A stretch of 64,000 nt of DNA from positions 15,878,770 to 15,942,769 of the forward strand of contig CM119271.1 in the NCBI GenBank assembly GCA_051294375.1, given 5' to 3'. Origin of the DNA: Paraspadella gotoi. Its lineage: Eukaryota; Animalia; Chaetognatha. Position 1 is the first letter of the stretch. Each line of letters opens with the position of its first letter. Shown here in pieces: positions 1 to 14,227 of this stretch. The translations under genes were made by a program, and so were the position numbers. Under the pieces are notes generated by a model. That model was given only the letters and a program-made list of their open reading frames with translations, had not been told where the DNA came from and did no database searches.

Positions 1-1429
1 GTCGTCCTCATCTTCCTCTTCGGCGCTTACATTCTCTCCAATGTCTTTTTTCATTATTACAAAGGTTAAGGTTAACAATAATGTTAATAATGATGTTATT
101 AATAAGCCTCAGCAAAGTCTTTCGATCTCATCAGCGATATTCACCGATCCGGGTTTCATAGCGAAATCAGATTGTCTCGTTTTGCGGGAAGTCGCGTCCG
201 TTTGCGCCAAATGCGACACGCCGAGACCACCGAGGACTCATCATTGCAGGTCGTTGGTTGCTGCCAATTTTCGCGTCGCCATTCATCGTTGTTCGCTAAA
301 GGGTCAAACTGGGGAATTATTTATTTCCAGTCTTTGCAAGAAATGCGTTTTGAAATTGGATCATCATTGTCCCTGGATTAACAACTGCATTGGATTTTAT
401 AATCACTACGACTTTTTGATGTTTTCGTTGTGGATTTGGGTCGGGGCTATTTTCGTTTCAGTCACGGGATACGGCCAGTTTAAAGAACATTACTTGGGGT
501 GAGCAAGAGAGTGGAAAAGGGAATGAAGGTCCTTGAAATTTCCTTCATTGCTTCGTCTATTCCACAGTTTCTACGATTTGTTCTCGATGTACTTCTGTGA
601 CTTAGAAGCTCAATCCTGGGTAGAGTCAGTAAGTTTGTAATAATGTTGTTATTAATAATTAATAATTATTAATATTCACCGATTAGGCAACGTATTAAAA
701 TTTCCTGGGAATATTCAGGGGAAAACGTCGGTGACTTGGCTTTACGCGTTGGAGAAAGACGAAGAGTTTCTTTTGCTTTTGTCGAATATAAGTTTATATT
801 TTGTTGGTTGCGGGATTTCGATCCTTCGTCCATTCGCCATCATCGACGAAGGAAAACTCTACGATCTTCTCGTCGACCTCGTCCTCCAAATAGTCAAACC
901 TTTCATCGCCATCGGAGAAATTTCCTTTCACAATTTGGTCATTTCCACTTACTTGGTGAATACACGTCAAAAACGGTTCACGCCTTTTTGAATATTTTTG
1001 TTTTTATTGTATTCTGATAGTAAATCACGTCGATACTTTGTGATCTGTTTCGACTTTCTTATCAGATTTCCGCGGGCTCTTCTCTCTTATTCATTTGGTT
1101 GATTGGAAGGCATTTGAGGATATTATCCAGAGGTAGTCGTCGTCGTCGTCTTTCGATGTTTACGAATCGGGAAGAAGTTAAATTCCTTTTCAGGTGAGAC
1201 GTCTGTCGAGGCGGTCATAAACAGAGAAAAGAAAAGAAAAGACCCCAACTTCGTCAACCCATACGATTTTGGTTTCCTGCAAAATTGGAGAATCATTTTC
1301 GGACTCGACGTTTCCGAGCGAAATATTTGGCACATTTTTTTCCCGCTTCATCACGAAGGAGAGGGAGACGGACTGACTTTTAAGACCAACTTGATGGCTG
1401 CCGCTTCTGTAGCCAAAAGGAGAGTTTAA
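1..1429 (+). CDS. DHHC palmitoyltransferase (ZDHHC16-like), 5'-truncated by window edge, multi-exon
   Basis: Exons encode DPG, CAKCDTPRPPRTHHC, LDHHCPWINNCIG, ETSVE, NPYDFGFLQNW and GDGLTF motifs; GT-AG introns; stop TAA 1427-1429. Confidence 0.85.
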
Positions 1430-2112
1430 CTTACCTTTCTTTATTCCTTTCTTCCGGACGTCATCTTCTCTTTTCTAATTTTTACTTATCTATTCGATCA
1501 AATCGACACGGACATTTTTCTCGACTACTGGCCGTATATTCTCAATGAATTTATCCCCCCAAAATTTTAAAATTAAATATTCAACGTAATATTTATATAT
1601 TTTTCTCCTAATTTAAAAATAACTTTTTACTTGTCGCAAGGATTTTCTCTAAATTTTGTTGTGGGGGGAAAAAGATTTTATCCTGAGGTGGAATTTCGGC
1701 GGACGATGGATGCAAGGGAAAGAGCAGCTGCCTGTAAAGAAAAGCCCTTGTCAAATTTGCTCATCGATGAGTGAAAAAAAAAGAGAGAGAGAGAGCGCTG
1801 TCATTCCCTCATCCGGAAAGTTCTCTTTCTCTTTCTTTCTATCTCTTTCTCTCTCTCTTCTGACTTTTTCTCTCTTTAACAGCTACATTTACCTGGTTTA
1901 TTATTTATCAATTTTCATTCCAGAGAAAGAAAACCAAAAATACGCAGTGCCAATGATTGGATTATGACAAAGAAAATAAACCAAAAATGTACTTGAGATA
2001 AAAATCCGTGAAATAACAATGAACAAGTTTCGCCAAACGAAGAAATTCGCCGCGCGAAAACTGAACTGAACCAAAAAAAAAAAAAGGAAATGAGTTTGAA
2101 CGCGATGCGAAA

Positions 2113-3480
2113 ATGAGTTCGAACGCGTTTTCGATCGACGACGCGTTCGCCTCCGACGAGGAGGAGACCATCCGCACCTACGGATCAACGGGGGAATCCA
2201 AACTCTCTCCCTTCAAGCACTCCTCTAGACCGGGAAGCGCCAGGCCACTCAACTCTCCTCTCCAACTCGCTGCCGAAAAAGGTCTCCCCTTGAAAATTAA
2301 TCTTAGTAATGTTCTGTTCTGTTGTATCTTTATTATAATTAATTGTCGTGACAGTTTTATTTGTACATTGTTTCGGATTGTCACGTTCTGAGTCAATCTA
2401 TGGCTTCGGCGGTATTTGACCATCTGGCTTCGAGGCTTGGGACCCTAATTGACCGTGCGTTGTAGATTGATAGTACAACATTGAGTTATTGGATCTCAAT
2501 AATAATAGATTGTGTCGTCAGTAAATTGTCTGAATTGTAACGCGAGTTAAAGATCCTTCCCTTATGTTTTTTTGTCCAGGTGGCTGCATTTCGGGTCCGA
2601 GCGACAAAATCGCCAGCGAGGCTTTGCTCGGAGACGATGAAGAGGAGGAGGCCGAAGAGCACGGCTCCGTAAACGGCTCAATCGGTTCGTAATTGTTTCG
2701 TCGATTCGCTGATTGATTCGATTGATTGGATGATTGATCGTCGAATGGATTCATGTCACTGATTTCTTTTCATTTCTTCAATGATCTCAGGAAGCGTTAG
2801 TCTAAGCAAATTGCGGGGCATCACCAACGTGATCAATATTCCTCAGTCTCAATACGCGGATTCGTTGGCCGACACCAACCTCTCTGTCAAGTCCTTCCCT
2901 CGCTCAAAATCATGGTGGAAACATCCCAAAGTAAAAATGAAAATGCAAATTTATTGGATAAGAGATAAATTCATTTGTGTATTAGCTTTTTTGATTGAAT
3001 GTTAAAAAGTATTATAACTCAAAATGAGTTAAATTAATTGACTGAGAATATAATAATTTCAATATTGCCTTGCAATAAGATATTGTAATAAAGTAACAAT
3101 GGAAATACTAATGAGATATTATTTAGTAATTGTAAACTATTATATGATTAAAATAGAGTGTATTAATATCGTCCAGGTGAAAGAGAATTGGAAATTAGTT
3201 TTGGCCTCCTTTCTTCTGGTCCTCGTGGGAATCGGCCTCATCTCGGCCGGCGTCTGCGTCAGCCTCGTTCCAATTCCTCACGTCGAACAAATCGTATTCT
3301 ACGTCGCCGGCGCCATTTGCTTTATTCCGGGTGAGTATTTAAGTAGTGTAATTCTTTTTTAATTTATTAAATCCCCCCCTTCGGCTGTTGTTCTCAGGTG
3401 CTTACCACGTCGTTTACATATACTTGGCGGTGCGTGGCCGGCAAGGATTTAATTTCTACAATCTTCCTCTTGTTAAATAA
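2113..3480 (+). CDS. TMEM134: Transmembrane protein 134, multi-exon
   Basis: N-terminal FSIDDAF motif; spliced SWWKHPKVKENWKLVLASFLL...ICFIPGAYHVVYIYLAVRGRQGFNFYNLP; stop 3478-3480. Confidence 0.85.
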
Positions 3481-5038
3481 TTGTTATTTAATGTTTTTTT
3501 AAAATTTTATTCGAAAAGCCATGATCTGTGCCTTATGTGTTTTCAGGATGGGAAAACAAATATATTACTAATTTACTTATTTAAAATTAAGCATTTATAT
3601 TTATATTGAAACTGGGGGGGGAAAACATAATTAGGGCGCTTTTGCTCGCAAAATAAGCTATTATGGTAAAAAAATTTAGGATGGTTATTTAAAATCGTGG
3701 CATTTTGTAGTTATATGTTGTTTGTACCTTACCATAGCCTTTTTTGGATATTCAAAACTTCCGTATGTTTTTCTGTTGCTAAAGATTACGAATAGCTAAA
3801 TGTTAAGGATTGTTATAAACAAATATCAATACAATTCATGTATAATTTAAGTTTCTCGTACTGAATGTTATGAAATTTTTATTTTATATGCTTTACTAAC
3901 CGTTAGCTCTCCCTTTTTTTTATTTCCCCGTTTTTAACTTGGTGTTTCCTCCAGATGTTTTTGCTTTGGAATGCTTTACATATTTTCTTTTATAAATCTT
4001 GTCTGACGACATGTGGATAATTTCATTATGTTATACTTCTTAGTCAGGTTTCACGACAAGACTTTAAAGCTAGCGATTTGATATAACATAAATTAAATGA
4101 GATAAAATAAAAAAGGGGGCTCTCCTCTTTAAAAAACTGAGCGACAAAGAAAATGCAGCATTAACTTTAACGTCCAAAGTCATTGACCAAGAAGTTTTCT
4201 GTACAATTCTATTATCTAGCTTAAATGTGGCCTTTTAAAATTAAAGGTAATTAGGATAATAGTGTCTTAGACAATATCGTGGACAATCTTTGTAGCTAGG
4301 AGATTGAGAAGAAAAGAAACAGAGCAAAATATAACTGCATTGAAGACAATATATACAAATGACTAAGATTTCAAGTTAATTTCGAGATTTTAATTAAAGG
4401 GGTAAGAACAGTTACAGACGGTTCCATCCTCTGAACTTAAATCATGAATAGGACGTGAAAAATCCCGTCTGATCTCGCGTGGCGCTTTTCAAAGAAAATC
4501 TTTGGCGGCCTCCAATCGCCTTCTGCTTTAATAATATTCGGGCCCCGATCGAGCGTAGCGACTTTCCGCTTGGGCCGCCTTCATCGCCGCCTTCGTGGGT
4601 AAGTCGGCCAGAGTTTGTTTTTATTCGGCGCGTGAAAGGAAGAAAATTAGAAATCTAAAGCCGAGCGGTTTTACACTTCAATACATCGATTTTGATCCGT
4701 GATTTATGATATTAATGTCTTATTTATATTTCTCGTTTTACCTTAGTTTTCTTTAATTATCGATTTACAGACTCATCTTTACTAAACAAGTTGTTAAAAT
4801 CCTGGTTCACGAAGAGTCGTTTAAAAACTTATTCCTTCAGGTTCTTGAACACGAGTTTTAAATCCCCAGATTCACGCCATAGTCTGGAATCCTTAAAAAC
4901 GTTTAGGACAAAAAAAACGTGTTTTTTTTTTATATCTACTCTTGGAAAGACAGATTCGGTCGATACTCTGCTATCAACCGGCATATCTACTACGAATCGA
5001 TAATAATACAAAAACCCAGAAAAAGGCGAAAATTAAAA

Positions 5039-7809
5039 ATGTGTGAAAACGTGAGCGAAGATTTTCGGCCGAGCATGACTCAGGACGAGTTCCTGGCGCA
5101 GTTGCGTTCGGCCGGATTCACTGAGAAGACGATCGCGGCGCTTGGTGACGAAGACATCAACAGCGACGCCGCGCTCAGGATTCTATCGGTGAGGACTTTA
5201 AAAACAGTTAAACTTAATTTGTAAACTTTCATTTGCACGTTGTAGAAAGTATAGTCGTGTTCGTTCTACAGCCTTTTGATAGAAAACTTGATGGGATTCG
5301 AATCGATTTTGAGAATGAATTAATGAATTCGGTCATCTGCTTTGGTTACTAATGGTAGGCGTTTTGCTTTAATTAGTTTTAAATAGTTTTAATTAGTTTT
5401 AAATAGTCTTAGAGCTACAGTTAGAAAAATCATCCCATCGAACGCCCTCTCCTCATGGGTCATCAGGTATCGGACATTGAGACTCTGGCCAAAGAGAAGC
5501 AACTCAGCATCGGACAGAAACGACTCCTCATCGAATTCGCAGCCAAACTAAATCCTAAGAAGAAGGAAGAGGAAGCCTTTCCCACGAGGTAAGGGCCAGG
5601 GTGAGGACTTGTTCGAAAGAGATTCTTTCTCTCACATTGAAAATGGAAAAGAAAATATATAATAGATAAAGAAAATCTACAATGAAGCGAAAGATGGAAC
5701 AAAGAGAAAAAGAAAAATGAATTGATAATTTGTAAATATGAAAATTAAAAAAAGGAACGGGAAAACAAACGCAAGAGAATTCGAATTTTAAAGAAACTTT
5801 TGACGAATTTGCAAAAAATTGCGGGAAGAAAGAAGTTCGCTGGAAGGAATGAAGAACTTACAAGGAATTGTTGCAACGAAAAAAATTGAAAGAAATTAAT
5901 CACTGAAAGAAAGAATTTGCTGAAAGAAGTTGGTTTAATTAGTAAATTACTGAAATTCTACCTTAATTTCTAAAAGAAGTTAATTGTTGAGATCAAAATA
6001 TTTGTAAAGAAAAATAAATTAATGAAACAAACAAAAAATACGGAACAAAAAAAAATCGGAGCGAAATTGAAATTGAAAAAGAAGTTGTTTTTCCCCGAAT
6101 GCAACAGAAAGAGAGAGAATAAAAACCAAATCCGAAAGAAATCGTGAAACCAAAGTAGGAGAAACTCAAGAAAAGAATCGCTGCCGAACAATTTTTTAAA
6201 AATCAAAACTAGAAAAAAATTTGAAACTGTTGGAATAAAAGAGAAAGGAAATTGAGAATGGAGAACGGAGAACGGCAATTTGCAATAAAAGAAAAAAAAT
6301 TAATAAAATTAATAAAAGAGAAACAAAATTGAGAATGGAGAACCACAATTTGCAATAAAAGAAAGAAAATTAATAAAAGAGAAACGAAATTGAAAATGGA
6401 GAACCGCAATTTGCAACAAAAGAAAGAAAATTAATAAAAGAGAAATGAAATTGAGAATGGAGAACCGCAATTTGCAATAAAAGAAAGAAAATTAAAAAGT
6501 AAAGACAAAGAAATTCGTGAATCCTGAAAGAAACCACTCTCAAGAATGTGTTTAACTGTGAATTAACGAATCGATGAACGATTGGACTTCTCTTCATAAA
6601 CAGCGTGACCGTCGCGTTCGACTTAGCATCACCTCAAACTCGGGTCGAGCTACTCCTCTCAGGTGGTCAGCTACAAAGCCTCACTTTTAATGCCTAAAGG
6701 TTCGCCCGCTTTAACTCTCAAACGCGAGTCGACGCTTACTCGCAACCAAAAATCGAACGTGAGTGATTATAGCGCGCCAAGACGCTTCGGAGATTCGATG
6801 ATACGTATTTACAAAAGTCTCGTAGTATTTACATTTTGTATTTGTATTTGTTTAAATACCTTGGTTTTTAATGATATAATTTCCAGGAGCGCTTACAGCA
6901 AAGGCGGAAACCGCTCCGCTCCTTTCCCGCCGTCGGCTACTCGTGGCGGCTACAATCGAAAAAGGATGCAAGGTGAAAATAAAGGATTTGTGCACAAATT
7001 GTGGTGGTATATTCACACCACCTCACGTCCACGATCGTTAAGCCAATACCATTGGCACAGAGGGGGAACACGCCATCCCAGGCGGAGTGTTCCATCCACA
7101 GTCCTAACAACTTCCCTCTGCGTTGGCAAAGCGTGACCGTCCTAGGTAAACCGCGCCAGTGACTGGAGGCGTCACTGAGGGTCGGAAGCCCCCAAGGTCA
7201 CAGACTGATGGTATGTGGACTGCAGAGATAACAATATATTTTGACTAAACCTCAACTGATGCCAGAAAAGAAATATAGTATTAATAGCAGTACAATGAAG
7301 AATGCAGTTCCGATTGAAGATTAAAATGATCTTACAGAGCGATTGAATCCCGCGGAGTCGAACTGCGTCTGCGTCTTTAATCTTTCGCCTTCGACACAAG
7401 AATTCACCATCTACGATTTTTTCAGTCGCCTCGGTTACGTCAAGGACGTCAAGATCGTTTACGACAGGTGGCGACGCTCGTTGCAGTTGCGATTGCGATG
7501 GGAGTCAATGTCAAACTATTCACGAGACATTCCTCTTTCAGGTCGACGGGTTGTTCCCGTGGATTCGCCTTTGTTCACTTCGCCGACGTCGCCACCGCCA
7601 AATACGCCAAGGAGACGGGACAAGGGATGTTGATCGACGGGCAGCAGGTCAGAAATTTTCTTGTAGAGGCTCATAATAATCTTTTCCAAGCATTGATCGA
7701 TCGATCGATCAATATTTGTCCTCATCTCCAGATTCGCATCGATTTCTCCTTAACGAAGCGCGGTTACTCGCCGACGGGACACCAAGGAAAATCCTCTGCC
7801 CCGTATTGA
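5039..7809 (+). CDS. Divergent Transformer-2-like RRM protein, possibly with an N-terminal SAM-like helical domain; middle exon linkage uncertain
   Basis: 3' exons give NPAESNCVCVFNLS...IVYDRSTGCSRGFAFVHF...IDGQQIRIDFSLTKRGYSPT, matching the Tra2 RRM and linker. 5' exons 5039-5188 and 5468-5588 give LRSAGFTEKTIAALGDEDINSDAALRILSVSDIETLAKEKQLSIGQKRLL. Confidence 0.6.
6230..6500. repeat. Intronic tandem repeat, ~60-bp unit
   Basis: Repeated aattgagaatggagaaccgcaatttgcaataaaagaaagaaaattaataaaagagaaa units. Confidence 0.8.
7000..7295 (+). mobile_element. Probable solo LTR of a tRNA/twister TRIM family in an intron of the Tra2-like gene (3' end approximate)
   Basis: Starts TGTGGTGG..CACCACC like the 46424 LTR; A/B-box-like tggcacagaggg / gtgttccatcc; shares gccagtgac..ggaggc(g)gtcactgagggtc with the 44061 LTR. 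Confidence 0.55.
7123..7195 (+). ncRNA. Twister ribozyme-like fold, type P5 permutation
   Basis: TTG..GCGT-GACCG-TCCTAGG-TAA-ACCGC-GC-[CAGTGAC/GTCACTG]-A-GGG-TCGGAAGC-CCC-CAA; pseudoknot CCG(7137-39)/CGG(7183-85); predicted cleavage T7147^A7148. Confidence 0.7.
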
Positions 7810-8260
7810 TTCATAGATTGTATTAACCAAATAACCGGGACCATCCCTTTCGATGGTTAAATTTAAAGACGTGAAACTCTTCCCTGTAAATTACTGGCCT
7901 AATTCGTAGATTGGTTTTAGTTTTTTAATTACATTACTTCATACTAAATGTATTTTTTAAGAAATGCAAATTCGGTTTGACCGTCCGTTCGAAGGGTCTA
8001 CTCTTGAGTTTACATTAGTTTACTGTATCCTCATTTTTATCGTCATAATTCGGTTATTATTTTTTAAGTTCGTACAATGTACGAAGGTGCAATTTCAAAC
8101 GGGGGTTCTGATAAGCTTATGTTCCATCTGAGATAGTTCTTCGATCGAGCGGTCGTATTATTCTTTTAAATTTGAATGCATTTTTTATTTATGTACTATT
8201 ACTATATCCAGTGACTATTGATCTCATTCGTTAATCGCGGGGATTCCTTGTGTCTTCATC

Positions 8261-11087
<2,827 letters not shown>

Positions 11088-12184
11088 CCGAGATTTTCTT
11101 TCCCGCTTTAATCAATTGATTTATGATAACAAAATGAACTCCAAACGGCTGTGCTCTTTTTTTACACGGAATCCTTCTGTTATACTAGTCGACATCTTGT
11201 TATTTTATTCAAATTCTATTCATGATTCTCATACTTTTCTTTTTTCCAGAACCCATGATACTCTTTTTTGTAGTCAGCTATCGATTAATGTCTTCTTCGT
11301 TGACGTCACAAGGGACACAAATAAACAAAAGTAGAAACTAGAAAATAAAACAATTGAATTTCACTTCAAAAAAGAGATCATCTCAAAAAACAAAGACATT
11401 CATTCTCCCTCACTCAACTCTTTTCATTTCTTTCTTTTCTCTCTCTCTCTCACTCTCTCGCGCGAACATCGTCCAATCGTTTTTCTTTCCTTTCTCTTTT
11501 TTGCGTTGTATTAATTATTTTTGTTATTCTTCGTCGTCGTCACGCCGGAGGATTTCTCACTACGTCGTCATCATCGTCTTCATCGTTTTTCGTCCAAATA
11601 TTTCTTCCCCCCTCCCTTCACGGAATCCGCGGCGCTTTTTTCGCTCGAAAACTAAGCGTGAGTAACTGAGTATTTAATTGATATAACCAAGTGATGAGAT
11701 ATATTTCTGATAATGACATATGACGGTGAGACGTACGCAGGAGTCTGAACAATGGTACTTAACTAGATATACACTAGGTATATTTATAACAAGGAAAGTG
11801 GATCATGAGCAAGGGTAAAATTTACAGTTCCATCAAGTTTGCAAGCTGATTGGTCGTAGCCGGTTTCATTTGCACCAATCAGCGTTCGCTGATTCCAATC
11901 TTGCGAGATTCGCTCGAGTCTCTGATCGTTTTTGTTCCGAGGCGATTATGATTCCTTCGATGATACTTGGTTATTAAGCGGGCAGCGGAGAATTGCGGCT
12001 CGAAGTGACGTTTTATTGTTTTAGTTGCAAATGGCTATATGATTATTAATGGCCTATAATAATAGCAGTTGATGAGGTTTGATTAATGGTTCAAAATGAA
12101 GCTTAATTTCAACTATTTTTCTATTTTCTATATATATATTTTTTTTTTAGGCTTTGTGGAATCGAAGGGGCAATTCCAGTCCAG

Positions 12185-14227
12185 ATGCCCGTTTCCACTC
12201 GACGCCGCACTTTGTTGATGGCCGCAGCGGAGGATCAGACTTCTTCCGCATCCGAAGCCACAGACATCTCCGAGGCCTTCGCCGAGATTCAGATCGAAGA
12301 CAAGTCGGTTTCCTCTCGCTGTGTTTCTTTAAAAAAACTTATTTAAATTATAATTAAATACTCTTCGTAAATAGTTTAATAGTTTAAAGAGAAAGGTTTA
12401 TTCATAAAAATAGGATTAAAGTCGAAGAGAAGAAAATGGCGTCTTCGGAGGAAGTAAAAAAGTCAAACGTTCAAGGTCAGCAATATAAAAAAAACTTGCA
12501 AGATGTAATAGATATGATTATTTAGCTGTGAACCTAAATAGTTTTTTTATGAATGGTTCCCAGATGAAACCGGAGATCCAACACAAGAGAACGAGGAAGA
12601 AGCGAACGTCGATACAATCGACGCCTCCACCGACGAACAGGTACAACAACAACAACAACAAATATAGCAACAACGACAAATGACGACGACCACCATAATA
12701 ACGACGAGGAACAATAACGACAACGATAACGACGACGACGACATAAAATTTCTGCTCCGTCAAGATTTAGGATTGGTGTTAAAACTATCTGAAATGCTTT
12801 TTGAAAAATATATTCTAATCTGCCAAACCGACCCCAAATATCGACAAACTGTACATACTATAGATATTCACTCGCTGTTTTCTTTTTCTCCTTCAGGACG
12901 ACCGTAAAATGTTCATCGGCGGATTGTCTTGGGAAACGACGGTGGACGAGCTCAAGGAGTATTTCACAAAATACGGGGAAGTCAAAGACGCGGGTAAGTT
13001 AAATTTTTGGTAAAAAATCTCAATTAAATACAGTGCCAGTTTACCTTAAGGCATTCCTTCTTTTCCCCTAAAAATAATTATTCTCTTTGTTTCTTTGTCC
13101 GCAGTGATCAAACTGGACCCCTACGGTCGGTCCCGCGGGTTCGGCTTCGTCCTCTTCGCCGAACCCGACGCCGTCGACAAAGTGTTGACCGAAGAGTCTC
13201 ACTCCTTGAAGAACAAAAAGATCGAACCCAAGCGCGCCGCCGCCAGAGAGCGCGTGCGCAAGATCTTCGTCGGCGGCGTCGCCACCGACCTCGCTGAGGA
13301 AGACATCAGGGAATACTTCAAGACGTTCGGGGACATCGAGGAGGTGGAGGTGAGACATTTAGACAGACGGACAGAGAGCCATAGAGAAACGGACAGAGAG
13401 ACTATGACTCCACGCCCCTTCCCAGCTTCCCTTTGACAAGACGAAGAACGAACGACGCGCGTTTTGCTTCGTCACGTTCAAAGACTCGACGGCTTGCGAC
13501 GCCGCCAGTGAGAAGAACAAGCAGGAGCTTGGCGGCCGGACGGGTAAGCGCATAACATAGCGGAATAACTTTTGATTCATTTGCGTCCCTAAATCTGTTT
13601 TGCATATTGTAGCAGTTTATATTATTTTTAATTTCTTTTTGTTCGGTTTGCTGAAAAGCTTTAGGTTATTATTTTATCAATACTCTTAATAGGGTTGAAT
13701 GATCATTTAGTTTTAAAAATAATATTTAAACAAATGAATTTTATATTTATAATAGCCAATCCGTCTCCGATTTTTGTTTTCAGTCGATGTTAAAAAGGCC
13801 GTACCCCAACACATCCATCAACGTTACATGCATTCCTGGGCGGGATTCTCCCGTGGTCGCGGGCGCGGTCGCAGCTACGGAGGCAAGCCCGGAGGATACG
13901 GATATGGATACGGTGGGTGACGGGAGATGGCGGAAGGTAGTGGTGGAAGGGAGGGTGGTGGAGGGAGGGTGGCGGAAGGAGGGTGGCGACTGGAGTGTGG
14001 CGGAAGTAGGGTGGTGGACGGGTGGGTGGCGGAAGGGAGGGTGGGTGGCGGAAAGGAGGTGGTGGAACGGGAAGGTGGCGGAAGGGAGTGTGGCGGAAGG
14101 CAGGGTGGCGGATTTAGATAAATCTCTTGTCGTTTCTTTCATAGGGCCGTATGGTTATTACGACTATGGCTATCCTCCCAACTACGCCGCTTACTACGGT
14201 TACCAAGACTACGGTTACGGCTATTGA
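12185..14227 (+). CDS. hnRNP A/B/D (squid-like) two-RRM RNA-binding protein, multi-exon; start codon uncertain
   Basis: [41 protein letters not shown], followed by a Gly/Tyr-rich tail (GGRGRGR...[11 protein letters not shown]). Confidence 0.9.
13915..14112 (+). repeat. G-rich intronic minisatellite (ggtggcggaagg variants)
   Basis: Directly visible in the last intron of the hnRNP gene. Confidence 0.75.

Noticed and set aside
4416-4472. Shared motif ccatcc...gacgtgaaa..tccc here and at ~7836-7885 as a structured RNA
   Set aside because: The similarity is short; no hammerhead core or convincing snoRNA boxes could be established by eye.
11680-11975. Possible C/D snoRNA or MITE in the first intron of the hnRNP gene
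   Set aside because: Only a GTGATGA/CTGA pair and a 9-bp inverted repeat (taaccaagt); no guide or TSD identified.
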